This document shows, one piece after another, positions 24,177-36,722 of a DNA stretch of 64,000 nucleotides. The stretch is from Amphiscolops sp. MND2022 (Eukaryota). A program made the translations under genes and the position numbers. The notes under the pieces were generated by a model that had not been told where the DNA came from, did not search any database, and was given only the letters and a program-made list of their open reading frames with translations. The stretch covers positions 6,636,001-6,700,000 of the forward strand of contig OZ076409.1 of assembly GCA_964187785.1 (NCBI GenBank). The letters run 5' to 3'. The stretch's first letter is position 1; every line of letters begins with the position of its first letter.

Positions 24177-25213
24177 TATCAACAGACGCCACCAACAGCA
24201 CCCGTCTACTCCCATCTTCGAATTCCACATCTTCAACGAGCAACAGATCAGCACCCATCTTCAACTTCATCGCCGCCCAACAGTTGCCCATCTTCATTCA
24301 TCTGCTGACCCTTCTTCATCCATCTTCCAATCTTCAATCGTCACCCACATGCTCAGCCAAAGATGATCAATAATTAATAATAAAGAAAACTCAAAGAAAA
24401 ACATTGTGCATGATAACATTTCGAAAAGTTTCAAACTCATCTAATATTTCATAGAATTCAAACTCTCACCTAAATTATTCATTATGTACTTAATATTTCA
24501 AATTTCATCCCCACCCACATTTATTTGCCCAAAATCTTTTATTCACACCTGTACCGATATTTATTTGCTTTATTTTTAAAGAATAATTAGTAATAATTAT
24601 TATTTTTTGGTGCTATCTTACCCAACAAAAAATTCACAAATACTATCAACAAATCTTTTCAAATTTCAACAAAACCAGCTCAAAATCAGATCAAGCATAT
24701 TTTTCAGATCACACTCGAATAATGACAGACCCAAATTCTCAAAGTTTTCAACGTTTGTTACATAACAAACCCGCCAAAGTTAATTACAACCTGAAATCTT
24801 TTCAAACGAATTTCACGTTCGATAAAAATTTTTTCTCAACAATATTATTTCTTTGACTCTTTGACCTCTAACTCGTATTATAATTGCTCACGTTTGTTCA
24901 ATGCGAAGTTCATCCAAAACTTCAACAGAAGCATAAAATTGAGCATCTACCAGTTCAAAAAACAAGCCGACGAAAGCATAGTGAAAAAGAACACTTTGAC
25001 GTTTTTGAACTGTAGTCGCACCTACGAGGTGTCAATCAAAATTTTGACAATTCGAGGTACACCAATGAGTCGAACTTACACCACTTTTCACGAGACTTAT
25101 GCCAATCATCCATCAAATGAAAAATGTTAACTAGCTGAAACGCTAAGAACATTTAAACAAAAAATTTTTCTTCATTTCAATTAATGATGCTACTTTAAAA
25201 TATTATTTTATTT

Positions 25214-25227
25214 AAAACCGGGATGGA
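25214..25227 (+). promoter_or_regulatory. Polypurine tract
   Basis: AAAACCGGGATGGA directly abuts the 3' LTR. Confidence 0.6.
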
Positions 25228-25495
25228 TGTACTGACCTACATTAATAACCAATAGTATTTAGATGTTTATAGAATGTTCTAGAATGTACATTTATTTGTT
25301 ATTGAATGATTGTAAATCTCTACTCCTTCAGAGAGAGAAAACTAATAATCAGTATTCAGTTGACTTCCTTTTTGTTCTACTACTAACACCTCGGAATAGT
25401 TGTAATAAAGAAAGCTAGCTAGCCTGTCTCTCAGCCGCTTTTAGTAGATGCGTATTAGACCATCAAAACAATAACCAACCATTAAAAGCAGCACA
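25228..25495 (+). repeat. 3' LTR (268 bp)
   Basis: Direct repeat of 7084-7351. Confidence 0.97.
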
Positions 25496-27659
25496 AAGCC
25501 ACGACTAAATCCGTGGAATCCGGGACAAATGACGTAATTTGCCAATTTTGCAAGGTTAAAGGTATGGTCGTGGAATCCGAGATATTGAAAGCACTGTTGC
25601 GCTTTGAGCAAATAAGGCTTGCCTGTGCACTCTAATGGTGGCACACTTTTGAAACAGATATGTTTGTAAACTAGATAAAAATCAAGAATTTTCAGTTTCG
25701 GGTATTTTCCAAAAATATTTGATTTTGGAATTTATCTTTTGTTGCTTCCTCTAAAATCAATACTTTCTTTTTTCAAGTTTTTCAAAGCACCCTAGTCGAG
25801 ACTGTTGGAATTTTTAACATGCTGTAAGCATGCATGCAGGGTTACATTTCATAAAATCTAGAATTTTCGGTATGAGTCTGGTGGTATATCTTGAAAGATT
25901 ACACCGTAGTTTACTCTATTGCAATTAAAATTAATATTTTTCACTATGTCGTCGACACCGCCACGTAGTGTTCATACTTTGTGCTGCCAACTACTCGTTT
26001 GAGATAATCACCGCTTCTCCATTAGCACACTCAACATATTAAATTGCAGCTCACAACATGACGGAAGTTAATTTGCATTAAAAGGGTGGTGAAACTGATA
26101 GTAACTTGGTTGCGTTCAAATTTGAACTGTTTTTCAAGGAAACGTGCAAAACTGCAAGCTCATAACTTATGACCTTGCAGTTTTGCACGTTTCCTTGAAA
26201 AACAGCACGTTTCCTTGAAAATTTGAAATTGCCGCCAAACCTAATGTTCTTGTTTGCAGCTTGACATTTGCATTTCAAGCAGCTTGATAAAAACCGAGTA
26301 CAGCAGGGAATTCTTTTTGCGTAAAAGATTCCGTAAGAGTTTTAGAAAATCATAATGAAAATTTGACAAGTTCAAAGTTCATGCGAAGCATTCAAGTAAT
26401 TGCAAGAAGGGCAGGCAAACTCATACAAGTAGATACCAAAAAGCTAAAGACAGTCGTCGGTTTAGGTAACGAAAACTTTTACAGCGCGAAATCTTTTTTA
26501 AATATAGTCGTTATACAAAAAAATCTCAGAAGCAAAAGTCACTCAAAGTTGAATGAGCAATACGAGGATATTTTTTGTTTTGAAATCAAAGAAAAAAGTT
26601 TTATCACATATCATATATTGAGGCTTTCGGTAATTTTTGCACTTTATTCAGCAATCACTCAGAAACTACTAGTCAGAATAAAAACCTCCGAATTTTTTTA
26701 TGGCTATGACACCGTTCTTTAACTTTCGTTATTAAGAGTCATTCTGAAATTGCTTCTTAAAAACTGAATAGCGAAAAACACTTGTAATTGTTTCAAATCA
26801 ATCTTTTACAGAGTGAAAATTGACGGTATCGTATTTTGTGATCATGTTGCGGTACAAAGAGACCCGAAAGTACAAAGTTTGTCTCAAACGCTTTTTGTTA
26901 AGAACAGCTGTTCTCGAGTTATTTATTGCATTATGAATTTCAAAAAGTTGGAAACTAGCGTTAAAAAAGTTGAAATACCCCTGTAGTTTCAGATGGGTTT
27001 GCTCCAAAGATTTTTGAGGCTACTGATTACGTAGGCATTTCTTGCGCTTTGAGATTTGAAATCAGGTGCCTTAAGTTTTTTGTGACCTTAGTGTAGCAAT
27101 CTACTTTTCGAGGACACAAACTTGTTCGATTCAACCAATCAAAACGGATTCATCTGAAACCAAACACAGGCACATATGCTTCACAAACATTGCTTGGCAA
27201 ATAACTATGACTCTAGGCTATATCTTCAAATCATAAAGACACAAGTTCGTTTAGTTGAGTCAACGTCGCTTCGGGTTTTGTACATTCTTCGTTCAACTCT
27301 AACTGATGTAATTCTGACATGAAACTTCTCAACAAACGCCTGAAACTCCAAAGTTTCAATGTCTGTTGAAAGCCTCGTGAAGTGTTAATTTTTGAAGAAA
27401 GTGACCGAAAAAGAAAACCTTGAAACTTTTAAAAAATGACAGGGAACAAAGTTTAGTCTCAGTTTACACAAACTTTCTAAAAGATGTAATTGAATGTAAT
27501 TCAGGGCAAGATATCTTTGATTTCTTCATTTCGAATCAATAGGTTCAATTGAGGAGGTTTCTATGGAATTCATCAGTTTTTGCACTTCTTTTAACTTTAA
27601 CAAGAACTACTTGATAGCGTGCGTAATCACTGGGGGTTGCTTAACCATCATTCCTTTAA

Positions 27660-28159
27660 CCCCAAGTGGACCAAAAAATTTCAGGATTTATCCAAAAATC
27701 TGGTGCTTCAACTTTAAACTGCAATATCTCCTAAACTATTCAAGTCCGACAAGCGATTTATAGCGCGTTCGAAAGAAGAGAATCAGGGCTTTCAGATCAA
27801 TTTTTGAACACTGGCTCCGGACTTTGCACCAAATCTTTGCACACCTTGTATCGCAGGCTGCATTTCAGCATGTTTCAAAACATGCTAGGGCCACTTTGAC
27901 CCAATCTTGATACCAGTGGGATAAAGTGGCCACAAACAAAAACTGGAAAAACGGAAAATCTGCGCTCAATTTTTTTCTGATTTTTTGGTCCCATTTTCTT
28001 GATTTCGGAGACAATTCAATATTCCGTGCTGTGTAATATGCTATGTAATACCGTCTGAAAATCTTATTCAAGAGTTTTCTTTACCATACGGTCAGCTGGT
28101 TCGTTTAGAAGTTTGTAGAAACTAACTGGTACAAAATCGTATTAATGGTCCACTTAGGG
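27660..28159. mobile_element. piggyBac-type MITE (500 bp)
   Basis: TTAA-CCCCAAGTGGACCA ... TGGTCCACTTAGGG-TTAA: CCC/GGG termini and a TTAA duplication. Confidence 0.85.
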
Positions 28160-28175
28160 TTAAAAGCTGAAAATT

Positions 28176-31100
28176 ATGACGTCACTGTTCGATATTATGC
28201 AAAAGCCTCATTATCTACAAGAGGATTTATCGAGCGCCCTGGAAAAGCTGAGAGGTCAACTTGAGAACCGTGACTTGACCCCCGATGAGGTCACTGAAAA
28301 AGTCAACGTCTTTCCTATTCTTCTGACAAGTTCGTCCACCGGCATTTCTAATGTGGAGACGCGAAGATCGGCTGCTCATATCATGCAGAAAGTTGGTCAC
28401 TTTTGTCTTTTCTCCAAAAATGAACAAGGCGGGAAAGTCTAACGTCGGCGCTATATCCAAGGGTCAAAAAGCGCAAAATTTTTAATATTGTTAAAGTTAA
28501 AGGGACCCTTTGGGCGTTTTGAAAGTCCAGTTTGCTGCAAAATATCAAAAACCTTGAAGGGGGCCCTTTGGAGACAATAAAATTCGAACAACAAGTCGCA
28601 TAGTGCCGAAAAAATAAAAGGGGACCCAATAGTCCAGTGCGATCTTGTACTAACGGAAATCAGTTTTCTTGAAACAAGAAAAATGAAAATCTAAAACATG
28701 GAGCGATATCCTTACTTCAATTCTAATTCAAATTATCTTAAATTTGATCTCCCGGGAATATAAAAGTTATCAAACGGAAAAATGTTGGCTCTTTTCTGAA
28801 GATCCACAACCCCCCGCCCCACCCACAACCATCACCACCAAAACTTTTGAAAATAATTTTTTTAAAAAAATTTCCGACCAGCCTTATCAAAACTAAAATC
28901 TTCTTTTCATAACAGGAAGTTAATTAACTTCCTGTTAAATAACTAATCGATGTTAGCATCGACTAGAATAGTTTTTTGTTTGAACAAAACATTTTTCACG
29001 CTTTTTGACTAGAATTACGTTCGAATTAACTGTTTTTTGTCACTCAAAACAGGAAGTTGTTGATTCCTTCATCAAAAATGCGTGACTACATATTGAAAAA
29101 GTGTGAACAAATTATGAATCTCAATTCTAAACTGTCACCCTGGAAACAAATATAAAATCGAACGTTTCTAGTTTGTATTCAAGTTTTTTAGTCATAGTAT
29201 TTTCACTAACTTTCCAAAATAAATTGGTGGCTACAGAAAAGAATCGTAAAATGTTTACGAAGAACGAATTTATCACGTTGGTTTTGTTTAAGCTGGTAAC
29301 AAGGAACGAAAAGAATCAAAAGCTTTGCTTCGAAAGCCAAGCCATTCCGAAAATAGTGTCGTCACTAGCAGTTGAAGAAGACTCAATGATCAAAGAACTT
29401 TTACTATCAACGCTCAGTAACACTCTGAATGTTGAACCAGCCAGAAAACAATTTGTTGACCTACATTTCTACAATGTTCTTTACGGTTTATTGAGCCAAG
29501 AACAGGAAACACCTGGTATTAAAGTCCAGGCATCTTATTCTCTCAGCAATCTTCTGAAACTACCAGACAGCATGGGTCATCTGGAACATTTGGATTTCGT
29601 TCCGCTTCTTCTGGATATTATTCGAAACGATAAATCTGATTCCACGATGGAGGAAATGGCTGTTTTCGCTTTTCTGAATTGTTCTCGTTTTCCCAATAGC
29701 TTCCCTTGTTGAAACTGCTTCAACTTTTTGCACGTACTTTAATGTACATGCCAGCATGTAAAAAAGTCCTGCAGTTTCAACTAGGGTTTCAAATAATTTT
29801 AGGCGAGGTTTCCCAGTGAGAAAACTCTTGAAATTCATGATAAGAACCTTCCATTTTTGCCAAGAAAAAACGCTATGAATATGCACGGTCTTGCAAGACC
29901 TTGTCAAGAATTCTACAAAAAAACAGACAAAAAAGAACCAAAAACCAAAAACAGACGCCAATTGCGGCTTGATCAGCGTATTTTTTCAACAGCTGTTCGC
30001 GCTACCAACCAAGCTATCACTTGATATCAATACGTTGTGTTGTCTTATGGCCAATTCTTCAGAGAATGATAGTGTAGAAGGTGTACGAACAACAGCAAAA
30101 ACTTGTAAACGAAATTGTTGTTTAATTTTACAAGTTATTTGATTTCTTGACACTCTAGATGAAATTCTTTCCAAGATTCCTATCAAGAATTTCAAGAGGT
30201 TTGTGTGAAGCGAGAAAAAACAAGATCTTATCAAGGCTTTCAAGAGTAAACGGGAATATCTAATAATATGCAAGGTCTTGGCAAGAGTTTCAAAGGTTGC
30301 ATGACATTTCGTCCTAATCACTTTCAACCTATGCAATTTCAAATGTTGCCATTTCAACCGCTCACAATTTCAACCTATTGCAATTTCAACCGTCCGCTAT
30401 TTCGACGTAAACTAATTTTGGCTAATCGATCCTATTAGTTATATAATTATTTGAGGTGGTTTTCATTTTCATACTTTGCTAAACTCAAATGTGCTAATTT
30501 TTACACCAGTTTTGATGCGTTTTGGCTTCTTCACGAATAATTACCAAAACTTAGGTCTCTTTGATTCTTTGATTCATTAGTAATTTTTGTACTGAAATAA
30601 TAGCTCGAACGAATTAAGACTAAATAGCCAAAATTAGTTTAGGTCGAAATTGCGGACGGTTGAAATTGCATAGGTTGAAAGTGTATAGGATGAAATGTCC
30701 TGACACCAGTTTCAAGATATGTTGCATAGGGTTACCAATGTTGCTGCAAAAAATGAAAGCGGAATTCAAATGGTCAAAAAATTGTTTAAAGAACCAGATT
30801 AAAGTGGAATATGCAAATTGGCCATGGTCGAAAAAATAAACCGCAGCAGAATCCAGAAACTTGAAGCCAAAACACTAAATATTTACCGCTTTTTTGGGTC
30901 ATAGGACTTTTTTTTGCACTGGTTTCTATGCCAACTGAGCAAAGGAACATTTCCGCTTTGAAAGAATTTTTAGGAAAAACTTATGTAAAAACTACGAACA
31001 TGACAAAATTAGTTAAGAACGCTGCTAGAAGTTTAATTTTTCCTATTCATATAGGACCTTTTTTGATCTTTTTGGTCAAAAATATTGGAATGATTTTTGA

Positions 31101-33957
31101 AACTTCGTTTGCCCAAGGGTTGAATATTTCCAATGAATATATATGTGATTGAATATATATGAATATATATATATATATGAATGTGATTTTAGTTATATAT
31201 ATATATATAAACAGCCCAATCCAGGCATGTTTGAGTGCATTGGGTCGTATTTGGTTGAAAAAACCAGATTCTGGACTTGATAAGTTGCCGTTATTCAACC
31301 CGAAATCTTACATGATCCGAATAATCCGAACCCGAGATCTGTCGATACTTGCACGAGCAAGAGCTGCTAAGTGTTTACAAGCACTCATGAAGAATGACGT
31401 CAACCTCGCAATTTTGTGCTACTGCTGCACTGGGTAAGAGTTGGGCTAACTGTGAAATGCAATGGTCATTGAATCCACGGAAAAACCCTGAGAATACCTT
31501 TTCCAAGCAGAAAAAAGACGGGAACGCCCAAAGTCGGCGCTGTATCTGAGGTTCAACGACGCAAAGTTTTTAAAATTGTGAAAGGGGGTCCCCTTTGGGC
31601 TTTTTCAAACTCCAGTTTGTTGCAATATAAAAAAAATTGAACGGGGAACCCCTTGGAGACATCAAAAAAAATGAGATTTCTGAACCGTGTCACAGTGTCG
31701 AAAAACAGGTTTTTTAACATCCATTCTGTTGTTGCAAACCATCAAAAAAATTGAAGGGGGACCCTTTGGTTCAAGTTGTTGAACAAATGATCAAAAAAGT
31801 GGACCTTACGCGTTAAAAACTACCCACTGTAAGAGTCGGGCACTTTTCTTCAAAAGCGCCAACTAAAACCGCGTTCACAATATCACTACCGGTGCTAAGT
31901 GTGCGAATACGCACGGCCTACTAAAAATTTAATCAAACCTTTAAGTGCATGCATAATTTAGGAAGAAAGTTCCGCAATGCCGAAATCAAAGGGAATAGTT
32001 CTTGCTTGAACAGACCCTGCTCAAAGCAAGACAGTAAGAAACTCATTGCACGAGTAGTTTCGATGATTTATGGTAGTTACGACCTGCTAAGGGTACTTGA
32101 CAACGGAGATGCTTTTGAAATTGCCATCCATTGTCCCGAATTCAACATATGGCTCTTTTCTGTTCCAGTCACCATTTTTTTTGTTTCTGGAAAATTAGTG
32201 AGAAAATTATAACAAAAAGACTTGAATACAAACCAGAAAGCTTCATTTTTAAATTTAATTCCAGGATGATAGTTTAGAATTGATACAAATTTTGTTCACA
32301 CTATTTTTGTCACGCAGTCTTGATGAAGAAATCAACAGTTTCTTGTTTCGAGTGACAAAAAAACAGTGAATAGGAACGTAATTATAGGCAAAATGTGTGA
32401 AAAATGTTTCGCTGAAACAAAAACTATTCTAGTAGAATGTTAACGGTGGCCACTACAAATAACATTTCCTGGTGGCTTCTGTTGGATAACCGATGTTTTA
32501 CGAACTGAGGTGTTCAAAGGTTTTTAGCCTTTTTCTAGTTCATCGAGCAGCTCAAAAGGCCGACGTTTTGATACTCAAGTACACAGTGCTTGTGTTTAGG
32601 GCTTTTTATGTCCCCGCCACCAGAATTTTTGATAGTGAATTTCCTTAAAAATTTCAGACTAGCCCAAATAAAATTAAACCTTCTTTCATAACAGCAAGTT
32701 ACGTCTATTGGAATAGTTTTTTGTATGAACAAAACTTTTTTCACACATTTTGACAATAATTTTGATCGTATTCACTGTTTTTTGTGACTCACAACAGGAA
32801 GCTGTCACAAACCTGGGGAACAAAAGAAATCAAATGAGAGTTTGTTGTATGAGCTCGAGAAAATGTTTCTTGTTTTTGTGAAGCGAAAATGAAGACTTTG
32901 TATCGGCCAATAAGCTATCCATAAATGAAAGTTTTAGCAGCTTCTGTGGTAGCAAATGATACGCTTTTTAGCATTGTGTAACCTCAAGCCATTTTCTAAG
33001 CAGAAATGCAGAGCAAAAAGTCAGTCATAATAAACAAAATACGGCTCTTTTCTGTTCCGCCCCCACCGCCCAAATTAGTGAAACCTTTATTTAAAAAAAG
33101 ACTTGAATCAAAAGAGAAACCTTTAATTTTAATTCATTTCTAGTGTGACAATTCGGAATTGAGACATAAAGTTTGTTCACTCTATTTTTCCTTATTCACG
33201 TAATGAATCAATTTACAATTATTGCTGTCGTAATAAAAATTTGTCTTATGAAGTCACTCATTTTTGATGAAAACCTAACCGTTAGGTTTTCATCAAAAAT
33301 GAGTGACTTCATAAGACAAATTTTTATTACGACAGCAATAATTGTAAATTGATTCATTACGTGAATAAGGAAAAATAGAGTGAACAAACTTTATGTCTCA
33401 ATTCCGAATTGTCACACTAGAAATGAATTAAAATTAAAGGTTTCTCTTTTGATTCAAGTCTTTTTTTAAATAAAGGTTTCACTAATTTGGGCGGTGGGGG
33501 CGGAACAGAAAAGAGCCGTATTTTGTTTATTATGACTGACTTTTTGCTCTGCATTTCTGCTTAGAAAATGGCTTGAGGTTACACAATGCTAAAAAGCGTA
33601 TCATTTGCTACCACAGAAGCTGCTAAAACTTTCAATTATGGATAGCTTATTGGCCGATACAAAGTCTTCATTTTCGTTTCACAAAAACAAGAAACATTTT
33701 CTCGAGCTCATACAACAAACTCTCATTTGATTTCTTTTTTCCCCAGGTTTGTCGATGATATGAGACTATTACGCAACCAGCTCACCGAATGCAATAGAAT
33801 AGATGTGACGTATTTCAAATCAGTTTGTGACGACATCTTGAAGTATGCTGAGAGTCCAACCTCGCATCCAAAATATTGCGGTCTGGATGGGCCATTGCAG
33901 GCAGTGAGAATCGATCCCCTGACACTTACCTCCTCCGCCTCCAGAACAACTTTCTAG
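28176..33957 (+). CDS. Spliced host gene, armadillo/HEAT-repeat-like protein (exons about 28176-28391, 29293-~29710, possibly 29993-30082, ~31225-31433, 33747-33957)
   Basis: Phase-compatible junctions MQK|LVTRNEKNQ and CCTG|FVDD (GG|GTAAGA, CCCCAG|G). ARM-like helices: AIPKIVSSL, ASYSLSNL, ACLSALG, AAKCLQAL. The 3' end of exon 2 is unresolved. Confidence 0.65.
28960..29170 (+). repeat. Interspersed repeat (other copies about 32210-32440 minus, 32705-32806 continuing at 33281-33450 plus)
   Basis: Shared GAATAGTTTTTTGT.TGAACAAAAC...ACAGGAAG...CATCAAAAATG.GTGAC...GTGAACAAA. Confidence 0.7.
30295..30707. mobile_element. Mutator-like MITE with long TIRs
   Basis: Imperfect TIRs (GG..CA.GACATTTC.TCCTA..CACTTTCAACCTATGCAATTTCAA...) and flanks AGTTTCAAA/AGTTTCAAG (9 bp, 1 mismatch). 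Confidence 0.8.
32807..33752. repeat. Near-perfect 946-bp palindrome, 1-nt loop at 33280
   Basis: Arms of 473 and 472 bp. I found two substitutions and one indel by eye. Confidence 0.97.
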
Positions 33958-36722
33958 TGCCATACACTGAACGCTTTTTCGCATCTTTTGCTAACTGGTG
34001 ATAGATGAGCAAAATCAGTGAATTGGGCATTTGAACGACTTTGGCTCGTATTGGAAGATCTCGGCAGTTTGAATCAAGCCCTCATCAAACCCATATGTAA
34101 ACTGTGAACGACCCATTGACTCACATTGTTTGTTGTTCAAAAAAATCAGGTTGCATATGTGACTCACATCCAGTTCATCAAACAACGCCAGAAGAAGTTT
34201 TCATTAAGAGTTAGACGTTTTTTCATTTCAGAGATAGGACATTTTCGACATGTTCCCCTTCAGTCTAATTAGGACAATTTTCCCCAAACATGTTGTCTTA
34301 TCCCACAAGGGACAAAGCTAACCGTTCTTTAACAGACTCAAACGTTAGAAAGTCAAACTTGAAACGATTTGTTACGTTGAAGACAAATTATAGAAAAAAT
34401 TGTGAACTCAGAGAGTCATGATAAAGTTGTTTCTCACCCCACAAAATCTTTCCAGTAGTTTCATCAATGTTATGACATTTGCCATTGAGTTTTTCATATG
34501 AGAGTATTTTCAGACTCCATCACAAAAAAATCAAGCCGGGAAATTGAAGGCAAAATTGTCAAAGGAGTATTAGCACTTTTTGGAAGAAACTAAAACACTT
34601 TACAAGTTGCAACCTGGTAAAAAGTTGGTTGTAAAATAAAATAATCTAGAGCTCAAAAGTTTGACAAGAGAATTCTGTGTCATTGTCACAAATATCATTT
34701 GAATAATTTACTGCATCGTACCAACTCATATTGTATGCATACAGGTAGCTGTTTTCAGAACAAACAAATTGTATTTAGAGGGAAACTTCAAAGTCTTCTT
34801 GGGTTCCACAGATAAATTCACAAATCTGAAGATATTGTTGCATGCAATTTTTGCATCATCACAGAAAATAGATGCCTGGTTTGACAAGCTTTTTAGTCGG
34901 CGGGCGCTTTATATGATAACTCGTTATTCCAGTCACTCGTTTTTTAAAACAGACTCGAATGCGACGAAATTTTAATTCAGTTTGTTCAACTAAAACGAAT
35001 ACCTGGGAAACGCATCTAAGTTTTTGCAAAGAGTCCCCCCTTTCATTTTTTATTTTACGTTTTGAACGTAACATAAAAAACCGGACGAAACTAAAGGGTC
35101 CCCCTCTCAATTTTTGCAGCGCTGTGAGACTTTTCCAATTTTTTTGTCTTCAAAGTGCCTCCCCCTTCGATTTTATTGATGTCCCCCTCGTAATATTCAA
35201 AGTAAGCCCTATATCCGAACTTTTGACGTTATATCCGAACTATATAGCGTTTGGTAGGGACGAGCTGGAGGTTCGAAAACAGGAGTTTTCATGAAAACAT
35301 CCTACGCATATTTCTAAAATTGCACTTTTTGAGCCGTAGATATAGTGCCGACAGACGTTCCCGTCTTGTTCCAAAAATACTTTCCATCGAAAAGCATCCT
35401 TATCATTTGATTTTTCATGAAATTAGGTTCTCATAATTGAACATTTTCGAATTGCTCGCCCGTTGCCCGGCGCCCACAATTCGGGACTGAAGAACGCTTG
35501 GCGGAGGAATTTGGAATTCTTTCGCTTCGGAAAACACTATCTTCGTTGCGGAGAATTCGTTGAAATCATCAACTAAAATTCTCTCTATCAAGAGCTCTGA
35601 AATGTATTTTGCCACAAACAATTTTCACAGAAGTTGTTTAACCTTTGAAATTTGTTTAGACTTGATTAGAAAAAGTGAATTTACCTCTACTAGAATAGTA
35701 TTCAACCAAACAAATTTAAAGTACTGAATATTCCAGGGACTGGCAGCCAAAACACTGGACTCAGAGAAGCCAAATTTTCTTCTTGCTTCGCGATGCTGAT
35801 CACTGAAACTATTTGGATTATGACTAAAAAAGAGTTCATGACTACTGTCACAACCCTTAGTTGTGCTGGAGCTGTTGGGCAACAGCTCTAAACGAGAACA
35901 GTTAGACATCTTCAAGAGAAGGAACAAACAACTCAATGACCTGAAACTTTCAAACATTCCCAACTTTCTTTCCTTTTGTTTTTATGTTGCTTTAATTTTC
36001 AGTTCGTAATTTGGAAATGTCATGCAAACTACTTAGTCCTATTAGTTTAATGGTTACAGTTTAACAAGTGCCTAAACATTGATACTTTCATTTTTTGTTC
36101 ACACGAATGATCATATGCAATCTTAAACTTTGGATTTAGAATGGTTTGATGCTATTTCTGAACTAATATTGTGAACAGATTGTCAATGACACGTTGCTAT
36201 GTGAGTTTAGTGCTGAGGAGTATACGTTATCATGAGGTAAGCCGGGTGACGTATATGCGTCATCTTGCGGACTGGTGCTTATAACACGTGTTTTTGGTGC
36301 TTTCAATAAGAATTGACTATACGTCACTGTGCGGGAAACTGGATGACGTATACGCAGCATCCTACAGTTTTCCAGGTACTGGTTGCTTTCGTACAGTTAG
36401 ATTATTGGAAATCATCCAATCACTATTTGTAAGTTATAAACAGAATTACGTCACTCTGACGTTAGTTCATTTATAGCTTTTTTGAATCACTGGCAACCCT
36501 AAAATTGAGTGTCATGCTTTATGATTTTTCATTTGTAAAAGTGCAGTATATTTCAGAAAACATATAACAGGTACCAGAGGCAGCTGCTTCCAAACAGTAA
36601 ACCCAAATACTGTGAAAGCAGTTTTCTTGATAACTCTTCGTTTCACCCAACTTGTTTTCACAACAATCACGAATAATTTCAAATTCTTTCTGCACTTCAA
36701 CCGAGTTTTCCTCTTGAGCAAA

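Larger units (their letters stand above)
7084..25495 (+). mobile_element. Full-length 18.4-kb env-bearing Ty3/Gypsy-order LTR retroelement (endogenous retrovirus-like)
   Basis: Paired TG...CA LTRs, a PBS-like TGG, a purine-rich PPT, domain order gag-PR-RT-RNaseH-IN then env, and a 4-bp TSD AATC/AAGC with 1 mismatch. Confidence 0.97.
6650..25632. mobile_element. Tc1/mariner-type MITE split by the large LTR element (halves 6650-7083 and 25496-25632)
   Basis: Termini TA-CAGTGCACAGGCAAGC and GCTTGCCTGTGCACTC-TA. The internal motif CGTGGAATCC(GGGA) recurs on both sides of the insertion. Confidence 0.75.

Noticed and set aside
29707..29718. Selenocysteine codon (C-TGA-N-C) in the ARM gene
   Set aside because: No SECIS was identified and ARM proteins are not a known selenoprotein class. 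Kept only as an unresolved exon end.
32807..33752. Palindrome as a MITE/foldback transposon
   Set aside because: It has no TSD, and the arms consist of local intron, splice-site and exon sequence.
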